Origin: an uncultured virus (IMG/VR IMGVR_UViG_2886339191_000001) | Lineage: Duplodnaviria; Heunggongvirae; Uroviricota; Caudoviricetes | Direction: 5' to 3' (one strand) | DNA: 64,000 bases | IMG/VR virus record: IMGVR_UViG_2886339191_000001 | In this document: in pieces, positions 36,826-45,403 of the stretch | How positions within the stretch are numbered: the stretch's first letter is position 1 | How the letters are laid out: each line of letters opens with the position of its first letter | Notes under the pieces: model-generated | Databases searched by the model: none | Seen by the model: the letters and a program-made list of their open reading frames with translations, nothing else | Told to the model about the DNA's origin: nothing | Made by a program: the position numbers and the translations under genes

Positions 36826-37587
36826 ATGGCACTTTCACAGGCAGTCCTTGACGCATTCAACAAGGGCAATGGCGGAGGCCGCTCGGCGGCCCTGCCCGAC
36901 AACACCAGAGTCCGGGCGGTCATCCAGCCGTCCACCAAGTCGATCGGCTACATCGAACGCCAGCCCTTCTCTACGAAGGCTGAGTCGCCGAACAGCCGCC
37001 TCAACGCGCTGCGCATGCGGTTTGTCGTCCCCGAAGGCGACCAGCATGCCAACCGGAACTTCTTCTCGAATGTCCCGGAGCTGTTCGAGCAGTGGTCCGA
37101 CAAGGCCCAGGGCTTGGTGCCGTCGTACCAGTCGATCGGACTCGTCCAGGCGCTCGGTTACTCGGTCGAGGACATCGACGAGAACACGCTCAAGAACCTC
37201 ACCGACCGTGAGCTGCTGAACAAGGCAGTTGAGTTGGTGCTGGGCGTGGAGGACGACCCGAAGTTCAACCCGGCCGACGCGGACCACGCCGAGGCGGCTG
37301 CGAAGAACCCGCTAGCCGCGAAGCGCAACACGATCAAGTTCATCAACCAGGCCCGCGCCTCCTCGGGGCAGCCGGCGAGCAGCGGATCCACCAGCCGCAT
37401 GCACGCCGCACCTCCGGCAGCCGTCGCACCGGGCGCTCCGGCGAACGACCCGTGGGCCGCAGCGCCGCCCGCTGGCCCGAACGCATCCACCGCCGCCCCG
37501 GTGGCAACGAGCGCCGACCCGTGGGCTGCAGCCGCAACTGCCGACCCGTGGGCTACTGCCGCCGGGGGAGCACCGACACCGCTGTAA
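36826..37587 (+). CDS. Probable ssDNA-binding protein
   Basis: Follows the Sak4-like gene; OB-like core and flexible tail with three 'DPWA' motifs; AGGAGG RBS. Confidence 0.65.
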   Translation: MALSQAVLDAFNKGNGGGRSAALPDNTRVRAVIQPSTKSIGYIERQPFSTKAESPNSRLNALRMRFVVPEGDQHANRNFFSNVPELFEQWSDKAQGLVPSYQSIGLVQALGYSVEDIDENTLKNLTDRELLNKAVELVLGVEDDPKFNPADADHAEAAAKNPLAAKRNTIKFINQARASSGQPASSGSTSRMHAAPPAAVAPGAPANDPWAAAPPAGPNASTAAPVATSADPWAAAATADPWATAAGGAPTPL

Positions 37588-37601
37588 TAGCGGGCTAAAC
37601 C

Positions 37602-37674
37602 TGGCCGCCGTCATCACCGACACTCACTCCCCGTGTGGGAATCGCCAATCGGTCGAGATGAATGACGGCGGCCA
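37602..37674 (+). other. Long hairpin immediately 5' of the tRNA-like element
   Basis: TGGCCGCCGTCAT (37602-37614) / ATGACGGCGGCCA (37662-37674) perfect 13 bp, with inner ACCGA/TCGGT. Confidence 0.6.
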
Positions 37675-37677
37675 TGC

Positions 37678-37789
37678 GGGACCGTGGCCAAGTGGCACGG
37701 CGCCGGACGGCAGACGACAGCGGATAAGTCCTTGAATGCGGCCACGCACTGTATCGGAGAACGGAGGTTCGATCCCTCCCGGTCCCACC
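37678..37789 (+). ncRNA. tRNA-like RNA with a 55-nt domain in place of the anticodon arm
   Basis: Acceptor GGGACCG/CGGTCCC then A-C-C; D arm GCC-AAGTGGCAC-GGC; variable loop AGAAC; T arm GGAGG-TTCGATC-CCTCC. Confidence 0.75.
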
Positions 37790-37864
37790 CGCCTCATCCC
37801 CACCCGGCCCGAACCGGTAGGGGCGGGGCTCACTCATCCCATCACTACAGAACGGAGGCCCTGA

Positions 37865-40351
37865 ATGGCCAGAAAATCACTCTCCATCCAAGACCACGCA
37901 CTCGAGGCCGTCGAAGCTGGTCTCAGAATCACTCTGCTCAAGCCGATGGGCAAGGTGCCGATCGCCAAGGGCTGGCAGGACAACCCGCTGGACAGTATCG
38001 AGACCGTGTTCGCAGCGTTCGCCGAGCGCCCCCAGGCCAACTACGGCATCGTCACCGGCTACGACCAGCTATTCGTCGTCGACCTCGACGGAGCTGACGC
38101 GATCACATGGTGGAAGGACCAGGGATTCCTCCAGGGGCCGAGCACAAAGACCCCCCGCGGTGGCATGCACATCTTCTACCGCGCCCCGGACGGCATGGAG
38201 ATTCAGACTAACGCTGGCAAGATCCACCCCAAGGTCGACATTCGTGGCGTCGGTGGGCAAGTCGTCGGGCCAGGCAGCATGGTCCCCGCCGGCACCTACA
38301 AGGGCGACCTAGCTGCGATCGCTGACGCCCCGGAGGCTCCAGCCGAGCTGCTGGCCATCATCCCCGAGAAGACCGCCTACACGCAGGTCGAGCACGTCGG
38401 AACCCAGGTCGAGGAAGCATCTGAGAAGGAGCGCTCGAGCGTCGCCTGGATCGCCCGACGCCTGCAGGCGCTCCCGGACGTCTGGGTTGAGGGAGCGGGC
38501 TGGCACGATTCCGTCCGCGACTCAGCCATGTGGCTCTCGAGAATGGTCAACAGCACCGCCTACGCCATGACCGAAGACGCAGCCGTGACGATCCTCCTCA
38601 CCCACACCCCGACCTACGGCTCGGAGTGGGGCGACGACAAGATCCTCGAGCAGTGGGTCTCCGCACGGACCCTCACCGCAGGCCAGTTCGCCGAGCCCCC
38701 GACCGACGACGAAGAGGTCCCCCGACTCCTTCCACTCATCAAGGCGCAGGAAGGCGTGCCCGAGTACGACTCCCGCGGGCGCCAGTTCATGGACCTGGTG
38801 TGGTCTGACGCGCCCAGCGACACCGAGGGCGCGCGCTGGGATCGTAGAAGGCAAATCCTCCTGGAGTCATTCCGGGCGGGGCTCCCGGTCCAGCAAGCCT
38901 TCTCACTCGCCGCGGGCTCCATCGCTGCCGAGACGATGATGCGCGAGTACGACGGCCGCCTGATGCTGTTCAAGGAGACGAAGAAGGCGCACCGCGAGTT
39001 CGTGACCGAGCAGACGACCGGGCTCACAGCGATCGAGCCAGATGCTGCGGATGCCCCAGTGGCGGCCGCCGTATCTGGCAAGGTCGACCTGCTCACCGAG
39101 GCTGAGCGCACTTACATGGCGTCGGAGGAGGCGCGCTGGTTCGGAACCCGCTACATCGAGTGGATCAAGGAGTCGCTCAACCTCTCGAACCTGCCGTACC
39201 ACCGTCTACACCTATGGATGATGCTGTCGGTCACCTTCGGGCTAGTCGCCTACGTCCCCCGCGAGGGCAAGAAGCTCGGGGTGAACCTCTGGGGCATCAT
39301 CATCGGTGAGTCCTCTAGCGGAAAGACGGAGGCGCTCGAGAAGTCCGAAGCAGTGACAGATGCGTTCTTCAAGGAAGACAGCCCGAACCTCGGCGCTGAC
39401 GCCACCACGGAGGCCCTGCACGACGCGCTGATTGGTCGGGACGGCAAACCCAGCTACCAGGTCATCGATGAGGCTCACGGACTCCTCGGCGAGCTGTCGG
39501 GGGCGAAGGGATTCCGTGGCGACCTTATTACCCGGTGGACCGAGTTCTTCGAGGGGCGCGTGCGCGCATCGCTCCGCAGTACGAAGAAGGAAATCTCCGG
39601 CAAGTCGGCCACCACCTCCTTCTCGCTGCTGATGCAAGGCACGACAGCGAAGATGGCCAAGGCGATGAACACCGCGCTCTGGGAGTCCGGCTTCCTCGTC
39701 CGATCGCTCTTCGTGATCGGTGAGAACATCACCCCGAGTGAAGACGACCTCGACGTTCGGTTGGTAGATGGAGACGCCGACCAGGCTTACAACGGCATGC
39801 CGCGCCAGTGGGCAGCCGAGTGGTCGAACATCCACAGAAGGCTCGAGCGGTACGGCGATTTCCCGATCAAGATGGAGTTCGCCCCCGAGGCGCTCGCCCG
39901 ACTGAATTCCGGGATGAGGCGAATGCGCGCCGAGTTGAAATCGAGGCCGAACCAGGTCGCGCTCAAGCCCTACGCGGCCCGCTTCCCGAACACTGTGCTC
40001 AAGATGGCGGCACTGGTAGCGCTCAGCGAAGCGAGGCCCCAGGTCGAGATGCGCGACGTCGTGATCGCTCTCCACGCCAGCGAGGAATTCCTCAGCGCGG
40101 CGATCATCATGGCGAAGCTCACGACCGATTCTGAATTCGCCCAAGCCGTTGACGGAGTAGAGCGGCTCATCACAGATGGCGGCGGGAGGCTCGAGCTATC
40201 CAAGGTCTACAAGGCCCTGCCCGTCCCCGTCTGGGAAGCCAACAAGCTCGTCGATCAGCTCATCGCTGAGAGGCGGGCAATCAAGCGCCAGGAGACGTCC
40301 GGGGAGTTCACCCTCTCACTCATTCAAGACACAGAAAGGAAAGCAGCATGA
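37865..40351 (+). CDS. Bifunctional primase-polymerase with C-terminal helicase-like (DUF3987-type) ATPase
   Basis: 'NYGIVTG...VVDLDG', 'KTPRGGMHIFY', 'DIRGVGGQVVGPGS'; 'GESSSGKT', 'IDE'. Confidence 0.88.
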   Translation: MARKSLSIQDHALEAVEAGLRITLLKPMGKVPIAKGWQDNPLDSIETVFAAFAERPQANYGIVTGYDQLFVVDLDGADAITWWKDQGFLQGPSTKTPRGGMHIFYRAPDGMEIQTNAGKIHPKVDIRGVGGQVVGPGSMVPAGTYKGDLAAIADAPEAPAELLAIIPEKTAYTQVEHVGTQVEEASEKERSSVAWIARRLQALPDVWVEGAGWHDSVRDSAMWLSRMVNSTAYAMTEDAAVTILLTHTPTYGSEWGDDKILEQWVSARTLTAGQFAEPPTDDEEVPRLLPLIKAQEGVPEYDSRGRQFMDLVWSDAPSDTEGARWDRRRQILLESFRAGLPVQQAFSLAAGSIAAETMMREYDGRLMLFKETKKAHREFVTEQTTGLTAIEPDAADAPVAAAVSGKVDLLTEAERTYMASEEARWFGTRYIEWIKESLNLSNLPYHRLHLWMMLSVTFGLVAYVPREGKKLGVNLWGIIIGESSSGKTEALEKSEAVTDAFFKEDSPNLGADATTEALHDALIGRDGKPSYQVIDEAHGLLGELSGAKGFRGDLITRWTEFFEGRVRASLRSTKKEISGKSATTSFSLLMQGTTAKMAKAMNTALWESGFLVRSLFVIGENITPSEDDLDVRLVDGDADQAYNGMPRQWAAEWSNIHRRLERYGDFPIKMEFAPEALARLNSGMRRMRAELKSRPNQVALKPYAARFPNTVLKMAALVALSEARPQVEMRDVVIALHASEEFLSAAIIMAKLTTDSEFAQAVDGVERLITDGGGRLELSKVYKALPVPVWEANKLVDQLIAERRAIKRQETSGEFTLSLIQDTERKAA

Positions 40352-40773
40352 CGACATACAAAGCAGACGAGGACCTCAGAAGGAAGAGAATCGTCGCACT
40401 GACCACCGCGAAGCACCACGTCGGACGCAACTACACAGACCGCGATGCGAAGATGGCCGCCGCCGAGGAGCTGCTCGCCTACCAGGCGTTCACCGCAGTG
40501 CAGATCGCTGAGTGGCTCGGGCTCAGCCCCTGGGCGCTCGAAGGCAAGGGCGGGGCAGCGGCGTGGGGGGTCTCCGCGCTCAACGCAGAACAGCTCGAGA
40601 TTGCGGTCATGCTGGCCGAATGCGGCCTTGAGGGGACCAAGCCGAAGACCCTCATTTATGAGGCGCACACCGTCAAGGAGATGTCGTTCGACATGATCGG
40701 CGGGCTTCTTGGGACCCATAAAAATACTGTTCGCCGGATAGTAAGAAGGATCGAAGGGGAGCCCTGGACATGA
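40348..40773 (+). CDS. HTH DNA-binding protein
   Basis: Two HTH-like segments: 'TAVQIAEWLGLS' and 'SFDMIGGLLGTHKNTVRR'. Confidence 0.65.
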   Translation: MTTYKADEDLRRKRIVALTTAKHHVGRNYTDRDAKMAAAEELLAYQAFTAVQIAEWLGLSPWALEGKGGAAAWGVSALNAEQLEIAVMLAECGLEGTKPKTLIYEAHTVKEMSFDMIGGLLGTHKNTVRRIVRRIEGEPWT

Positions 40774-41180
40774 CCGCCGTAATCCCCCTCGCCTGCTGGC
40801 CGTTCCCGGTTCCCCCGGTGGTCATGGCAGCGATCAAGGTGGCGAAGGAGGGGCTGTGCAAGCGTGATGGCGTCGAGTTTATGATTCAGCTCGCGCCGGC
40901 AGTGCCGGCAAGTCCATCCCGCGTGCTCTCTTTCAAGGGGCCGACACCGTTCGCATGCGATGCGGCGAAGCTTCGTCACTGGGATAACCCCGAGGAGCTG
41001 GCCTACTGGATCGAGTGGGTCATTGACGAGTCGAAGCCCGTAGCGCTCGGCTTCACTATGGCCGACTGGCTGGCTCAGACCTGGCCCGGCACGAAGCAAA
41101 TTGCCACTTCACTTCGATATGTAGAGCCAGGAGGGGGATTCTTCGATGAGCAAGAGCGATGGATCGACCTCCCCTACTGA
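40770..41180 (+). CDS. Hypothetical protein
   Basis: Coupled ORF. Confidence 0.55.
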   Translation: MTAVIPLACWPFPVPPVVMAAIKVAKEGLCKRDGVEFMIQLAPAVPASPSRVLSFKGPTPFACDAAKLRHWDNPEELAYWIEWVIDESKPVALGFTMADWLAQTWPGTKQIATSLRYVEPGGGFFDEQERWIDLPY

Positions 41181-41823
41181 GGAGGAGCCCGAAGGCGAAC
41201 CCGGCATCACAGTCGTCGAGCCGATGACCGAAGTGGAGCCGACATCGGTCACAGCGACGAGCCCGAAGCGCTACATCGCTCCGGCGCTCGGCGCTGGGTT
41301 CGAGGTGAAGTGCGGCACCTCAAAGACGCTCGAGACTCGCCCCGCATTCAAGGGCGGCGCAAAGGCAGGCGACACGCGACCCGACATCGAGGTAACGCAC
41401 CTCTGGATCCAGGGCTGGGTGCCGCAGGCTGCATGGTTCCGGCTGCACTTCAAGAACAATCGCTTCGAGGAAGCGATGGTGTGGGACGTAGCGGGATGGC
41501 CCACCGAGCTGCAGTCGGACTACGCCCCGAGTGCGCTGATCGGAAAGAGAGTGAAAGACGAGCCGGAATGGGCTTGGAAGGAGCGGATGCAGAAGCTCGA
41601 CAAAGACGTCCATAACCGGGACTACGACTACAACGACGGGGAGTTCTGGCTAAACCACCAGCCCCGCAGCGTCAAGGTCGCCGGCGAGTTGGAGGAGTGG
41701 CTGGCTGACCTGATTCCGGGGTTCGAGCCCCGGAAGAAGCCGGTCAAGAAGGTAACGCAGGAAGAGAAGCAAGCGACGGCAACCGCCGTCGAACTTATTG
41801 AGATGGGAACGTGGATCGGATGA
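41146..41823 (+). CDS. Hypothetical protein
   Basis: 225 aa with phage-like codon use. Confidence 0.6.
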   Translation: MSKSDGSTSPTEEEPEGEPGITVVEPMTEVEPTSVTATSPKRYIAPALGAGFEVKCGTSKTLETRPAFKGGAKAGDTRPDIEVTHLWIQGWVPQAAWFRLHFKNNRFEEAMVWDVAGWPTELQSDYAPSALIGKRVKDEPEWAWKERMQKLDKDVHNRDYDYNDGEFWLNHQPRSVKVAGELEEWLADLIPGFEPRKKPVKKVTQEEKQATATAVELIEMGTWIG

Positions 41824-42299
41824 GCTACAACATAACGTCGAACGATTTGGACCTGGCTGACGACAGGACGTATGAGGATTACATCGTGCGATCGGCGTTC
41901 CAGGACGGGAAAATCTGGACGCTCATGCTGGAGCCCGAGCACATCGACCGCACGCACGAGTCGATACTCAAGATCAAGTCCTCTCTCGAGCAGCAGCTCG
42001 GGCAGGCAAAGCTTTTCCAGAAGGGCGGAGATGAGAACTGGCGTCGGCGCATCACGAACCTCCTCCGCATGACTGAGACCTACATCGCGGACGTAAAGAG
42101 CGAGGTAAAGCGCCTCGACCGCGAGGAGTACCGGGAGAGCGCCGAGGGCGAGCGTGACCGGTGGAAGAGCATCGCCGGGCTACTCGTTGACCTACTCCAC
42201 GCGAACCCCGCACTCAAGCTCATCCAGACCCCCGCCGGCATGAACGCCGCTGAGTGGGGCACAATCCGCACTGAGAAAAGAGAGCAGGCCGCAGCATGA
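41820..42299 (+). CDS. Hypothetical coiled-coil protein
   Basis: Coupled ORF. Confidence 0.6.
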   Translation: MSYNITSNDLDLADDRTYEDYIVRSAFQDGKIWTLMLEPEHIDRTHESILKIKSSLEQQLGQAKLFQKGGDENWRRRITNLLRMTETYIADVKSEVKRLDREEYRESAEGERDRWKSIAGLLVDLLHANPALKLIQTPAGMNAAEWGTIRTEKREQAAA

Positions 42300-42742
42300 G
42301 TGCCGCACGAAGGCTGCTCGCGTTGGACCCTGGCGAAACAACAGGTTGGTCGATATGGAGATATGGCGACGAGACCCCGCTGACGCACGTCGAGCACGGG
42401 ATGCAGGCCGGCGGGCTCCGTGGCTTCATCCAGCTCATGCACGAGCGCGACGGACAGTTCGATGAGGTCGTCGCCGAGTCGTTCATCCTGGACGGGCGCA
42501 CCGCTTTCCCGAACATCACCCCGCTGCGCATCGAGGGAGCCCTGGCTGCCCTCTGGCATGGCCCGGTGACGCTCCAGCGCAACGTGTTCAAGCGACATGC
42601 TCCCGACGCCCTGCTCAAGGAGCTGGGGCTGTGGTGGAAGGGTCCTGGCCATGACCGAGATTCTGCCAGGCACGCGATCGCCTACCTTCTTGGCAAGAAG
42701 CACATGCCAACGCTGCTGTCGATCTACCCGCTGCCCGAATAG
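42296..42742 (+). CDS. RuvC-like Holliday junction resolvase
   Basis: 'LALDPGETTGW', 'VAESF', 'HDRDSARH'. Confidence 0.8.
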   Translation: MSAARRLLALDPGETTGWSIWRYGDETPLTHVEHGMQAGGLRGFIQLMHERDGQFDEVVAESFILDGRTAFPNITPLRIEGALAALWHGPVTLQRNVFKRHAPDALLKELGLWWKGPGHDRDSARHAIAYLLGKKHMPTLLSIYPLPE

Positions 42743-42747
42743 CCAGC

Positions 42748-42788
42748 AAAAAGAAGCCCCCGTCCACTGGACGGGGGCTCTTTTTTTA
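42748..42788. terminator. Bidirectional terminator between the replication and lysis arms
   Basis: AGCCCCCGTCCA / TGGACGGGGGCT flanked by A and T tracts. Confidence 0.9.
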
Positions 42789-42880
42789 TGCCCTGGCTGC
42801 GTGCTTGCAGTTGCAGGAGTCGCAGGCTCCACTATGCCCACAGGGGGCTTCGCACTGACCATGCCTACATGCGCACATCG

Positions 42881-43162
42881 CTACGAGAGGTTGGCCTTGG
42901 CAAGGAAGTTGCTTGCGGCGAGCAGGACGGCACCGATGGCGGCGACGAACAGCGCCGGGGTGCCCTCAAGAGCGCCGGCGACGACTAGGCCGACAGTTCC
43001 GCCAATACCGATCCACTTGCCAGACTCATAGAGAATGCCGCGGACGTGCTTCGGAATCTGCGGAACGAGTACCTTCTCGGCACTCTGCACAAGCGAGTTG
43101 TCTGCGGCCTCGTCGATCGCGTTTGCGACGTTCTCGAGGTCTTTGGGGGTAACTTCAGCCAT
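42881..43162 (-). CDS. Holin-like membrane protein
   Basis: 93 aa with two C-terminal TM segments ending 'LAKANLS'; AGGAG RBS; end of the lysis region. Confidence 0.6.
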   Translation of the reverse strand: MAEVTPKDLENVANAIDEAADNSLVQSAEKVLVPQIPKHVRGILYESGKWIGIGGTVGLVVAGALEGTPALFVAAIGAVLLAASNFLAKANLS

Positions 43163-43183
43163 GCTATTTCTCCTCTGTTTTGG

Positions 43184-43258
43184 TCATTGACACGAGTCGC
43201 ATTGCAGCTCGTCCATCGGGTCGACGGGTATGAAGTAGGGCTCTGTTGAATTGTCCAT
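43184..43258 (-). CDS. 24-aa acidic peptide with C-terminal CxxC (not in ORF track)
   Basis: MDNSTEPYFIPVDPMDELQCDSCQ*; possible leaderless promoter TTGAAT-17 nt-GAGAAT-6 nt-ATG. Confidence 0.55.
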   Translation of the reverse strand: MDNSTEPYFIPVDPMDELQCDSCQ

Positions 43259-43309
43259 TGCTCTATTCTCGGACGATTAGCTGGCAAATTCAACAAATGC
43301 GGCACTGGC

Positions 43310-44602
43310 CTAGAGCACTCGCAGATTATTCCAGACGTTGTTCGCGGTCGTGAAGCTCAGCATCCCGCTCTCGCTTTGCTCGCCCTTGAGGTTGGTGTAC
43401 CAGGAGGAGCCCCGATCGGATGCCGGGCCGACCATGATCCAACGCGAGTCACCAGACTGTTGAACGCGCAAGGAGTGCCAGTGGCCGCAGACGAGAATGC
43501 GCGCCTGCGACACGGGCATGTTCCCGTGGCTCTGACCCTTCCACCACTCGCCGATCTTGTCGGCACCAGATGCCTGGTGGGAGTGAACGAGGCCGATGTC
43601 ACTGCCGGAGGTCTGGAAGTAGAGCGACTCCATGTAGGGCTCGGGGGTCTGCACGGTGACGTGGCCGAAGGCGGCTGGGTTAAGCGTGAGGGCGTTGCCG
43701 AGGATCTTGGCTACGGCCAGTCCGTAGTCGGAGTGCGCGTCACCGGCCGGAGACTTCGGGCCGATGCGGTGCGCTCCATGGTTAGAGGAGACCGCGGCAT
43801 AGCGGATGGAGGGCGCGAGCGGGGCGAGCATCTGCAGGCCCTTCTGCATAGCGAACGCTGCCTCGACAACCTGGTGCGGGAGGTCAAGGTCGTTGGTGCC
43901 GAGCTGGGCCGACGTGGAGTAGATGTTCTCGATGATGTCGCCGGCATCGAGAATAGCCACCTCGCGGGGCCTGAACTCCTTGACGAACGCCGCGGCCTTG
44001 GAGAAAGACTCCATCACCTGCTCCATCGTCTCTTTAGAGCCCCCATTCCAGTCGACCTTGCCGAACTGAAAGTCAGTAGGCACGAGGACGAAGCTCTCAT
44101 GTTGGAAGGCAACGGGCTGAGGGACGTAGGTGAAGGAGCGGATGGCCTCGATGACGGACTCGTGGCTGACGAGCCGCTCGTCAGCTTCCTTGGTAGAGGG
44201 CTTGAGCGTCGCGCTGAATCGGTTGGAATAGAGGGTTTTAGTGACCTGATCTTTGGTGTGTTGGGTCCAGACGGAATTGCCAATTGAGTAACCAAAAGCT
44301 TCCGGGTCGAATCCGTCAACGCGCAGCCGATCAAGCCAAAAACTCAATGGCAAGATCCGATCTGCGACTACTTGGTACTTCAGATTGCCACTTTTATCTT
44401 GGTCGAAATCATCACGGATAGCATCACTGTTGTTGGAGTCGACGGCAAAAGCGCTATCTTTGCGCGCCCGCTTCTTCCACTTGTTCACTGTGGCGCTGCT
44501 AATTGTCCACTTGGCCGCGATAGCCCTATCCGAGAGGCCACTGTGTAGGTCGGCAATGAAATTGGGATCGTCAAGGAGCTGAGTGCTGCGGGGGTCTAGC
44601 AA
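43310..44602 (-). CDS. Metallophosphoesterase (Mre11/calcineurin-like) with N-terminal HTH
   Basis: 'TDFQFG', 'GDIIEN', 'SNHG', 'HSH', 'GHWH'. Confidence 0.85.
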   Translation of the reverse strand: MLDPRSTQLLDDPNFIADLHSGLSDRAIAAKWTISSATVNKWKKRARKDSAFAVDSNNSDAIRDDFDQDKSGNLKYQVVADRILPLSFWLDRLRVDGFDPEAFGYSIGNSVWTQHTKDQVTKTLYSNRFSATLKPSTKEADERLVSHESVIEAIRSFTYVPQPVAFQHESFVLVPTDFQFGKVDWNGGSKETMEQVMESFSKAAAFVKEFRPREVAILDAGDIIENIYSTSAQLGTNDLDLPHQVVEAAFAMQKGLQMLAPLAPSIRYAAVSSNHGAHRIGPKSPAGDAHSDYGLAVAKILGNALTLNPAAFGHVTVQTPEPYMESLYFQTSGSDIGLVHSHQASGADKIGEWWKGQSHGNMPVSQARILVCGHWHSLRVQQSGDSRWIMVGPASDRGSSWYTNLKGEQSESGMLSFTTANNVWNNLRVL

Positions 44603-44613
44603 TGTGGCGTCTC

Positions 44614-44952
44614 CTATTGTTTGCGAAGTTCCTTGAGCTGTTCAGCGGTAAGCGTCTGCTCGAGGTCTGGCCAAGCTTCGGGGGTGATGCCGTTCTGGGT
44701 GAGAAGAAGGTTGGCGCGAGCGAGGGCTTGTTCACGGATGCGTCGCTTGTTGAACTCGTCGTCAGCGCGATCGTTTGCCTCGTCACGCTCGACGACAGCA
44801 TTGCGACGTTGTTCTTCGAGGGAAGTGTTTTTTGCGCGCTCGCGCCCTGATGCACCAGAGAGTTGCTTGAAGATTCCACTGATGAGAGCCACAAGCACAG
44901 CGGCCCCTCCAGCGGTCCCAAGATATGAGGCGACCGTCTGCGTTACGTCCAT
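44614..44952 (-). CDS. Lysis-cassette membrane protein (TM plus coiled coil)
   Basis: N-terminal TM; downstream of the endolysin. Confidence 0.65.
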   Translation of the reverse strand: MDVTQTVASYLGTAGGAAVLVALISGIFKQLSGASGRERAKNTSLEEQRRNAVVERDEANDRADDEFNKRRIREQALARANLLLTQNGITPEAWPDLEQTLTAEQLKELRKQ

Positions 44953-44955
44953 GAG

Positions 44956-45402
44956 CTACGCCAGTTTCGGCGCGAGTTGAAACTTCCGAATCTCGAGGAA
45001 ACGCTGGACAAAAGTGAGCATGAAGCAAATGGTGAATGAAATTCCTAGAAGCGATGTGCCGAGAGTTACAGTAACCGCCACGTACATCGCCAGTCCCGTG
45101 AAAATAGCAATGATCCCGGCACGTTCTAGCCACCAAATACCTGGCAAAACGGCCAGCGCGCCAAGGAGCGAGCCAAAACCGATGAAGGCCCCGAGGATTG
45201 CAACGAGTGAATGCCCCAGCACGTCCTCAAGCTTGTCAGGAGCGGCAAAGATCACACTTCCGCTCGCAGATAACAGCGTGACGTAGATCACGAATTGCAG
45301 CAGGCGTATTACTCGCGGTTCTGCAATGAGCATGAAAGCTCTGGTGCTGTGCTTAATAAGCTGCTGAGCGCTGGAACCCACAAGCCGAAAGGGGGTCGAC
45401 AT
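44956..45402 (-). CDS. Four-TM membrane protein (holin candidate)
   Basis: Start MSTPF directly after the endolysin stop; four hydrophobic helices. Confidence 0.7.
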   Translation of the reverse strand: MSTPFRLVGSSAQQLIKHSTRAFMLIAEPRVIRLLQFVIYVTLLSASGSVIFAAPDKLEDVLGHSLVAILGAFIGFGSLLGALAVLPGIWWLERAGIIAIFTGLAMYVAVTVTLGTSLLGISFTICFMLTFVQRFLEIRKFQLAPKLA

Positions 45403-45403
45403 C

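Noticed and set aside
37678..37789. Canonical tRNA-Cys (GCA) or tmRNA
   Set aside because: CGGCAGA lacks U33 and is not followed by a complementary stem; the discriminator is A; there is no G3:U70 pair and a D stem is present
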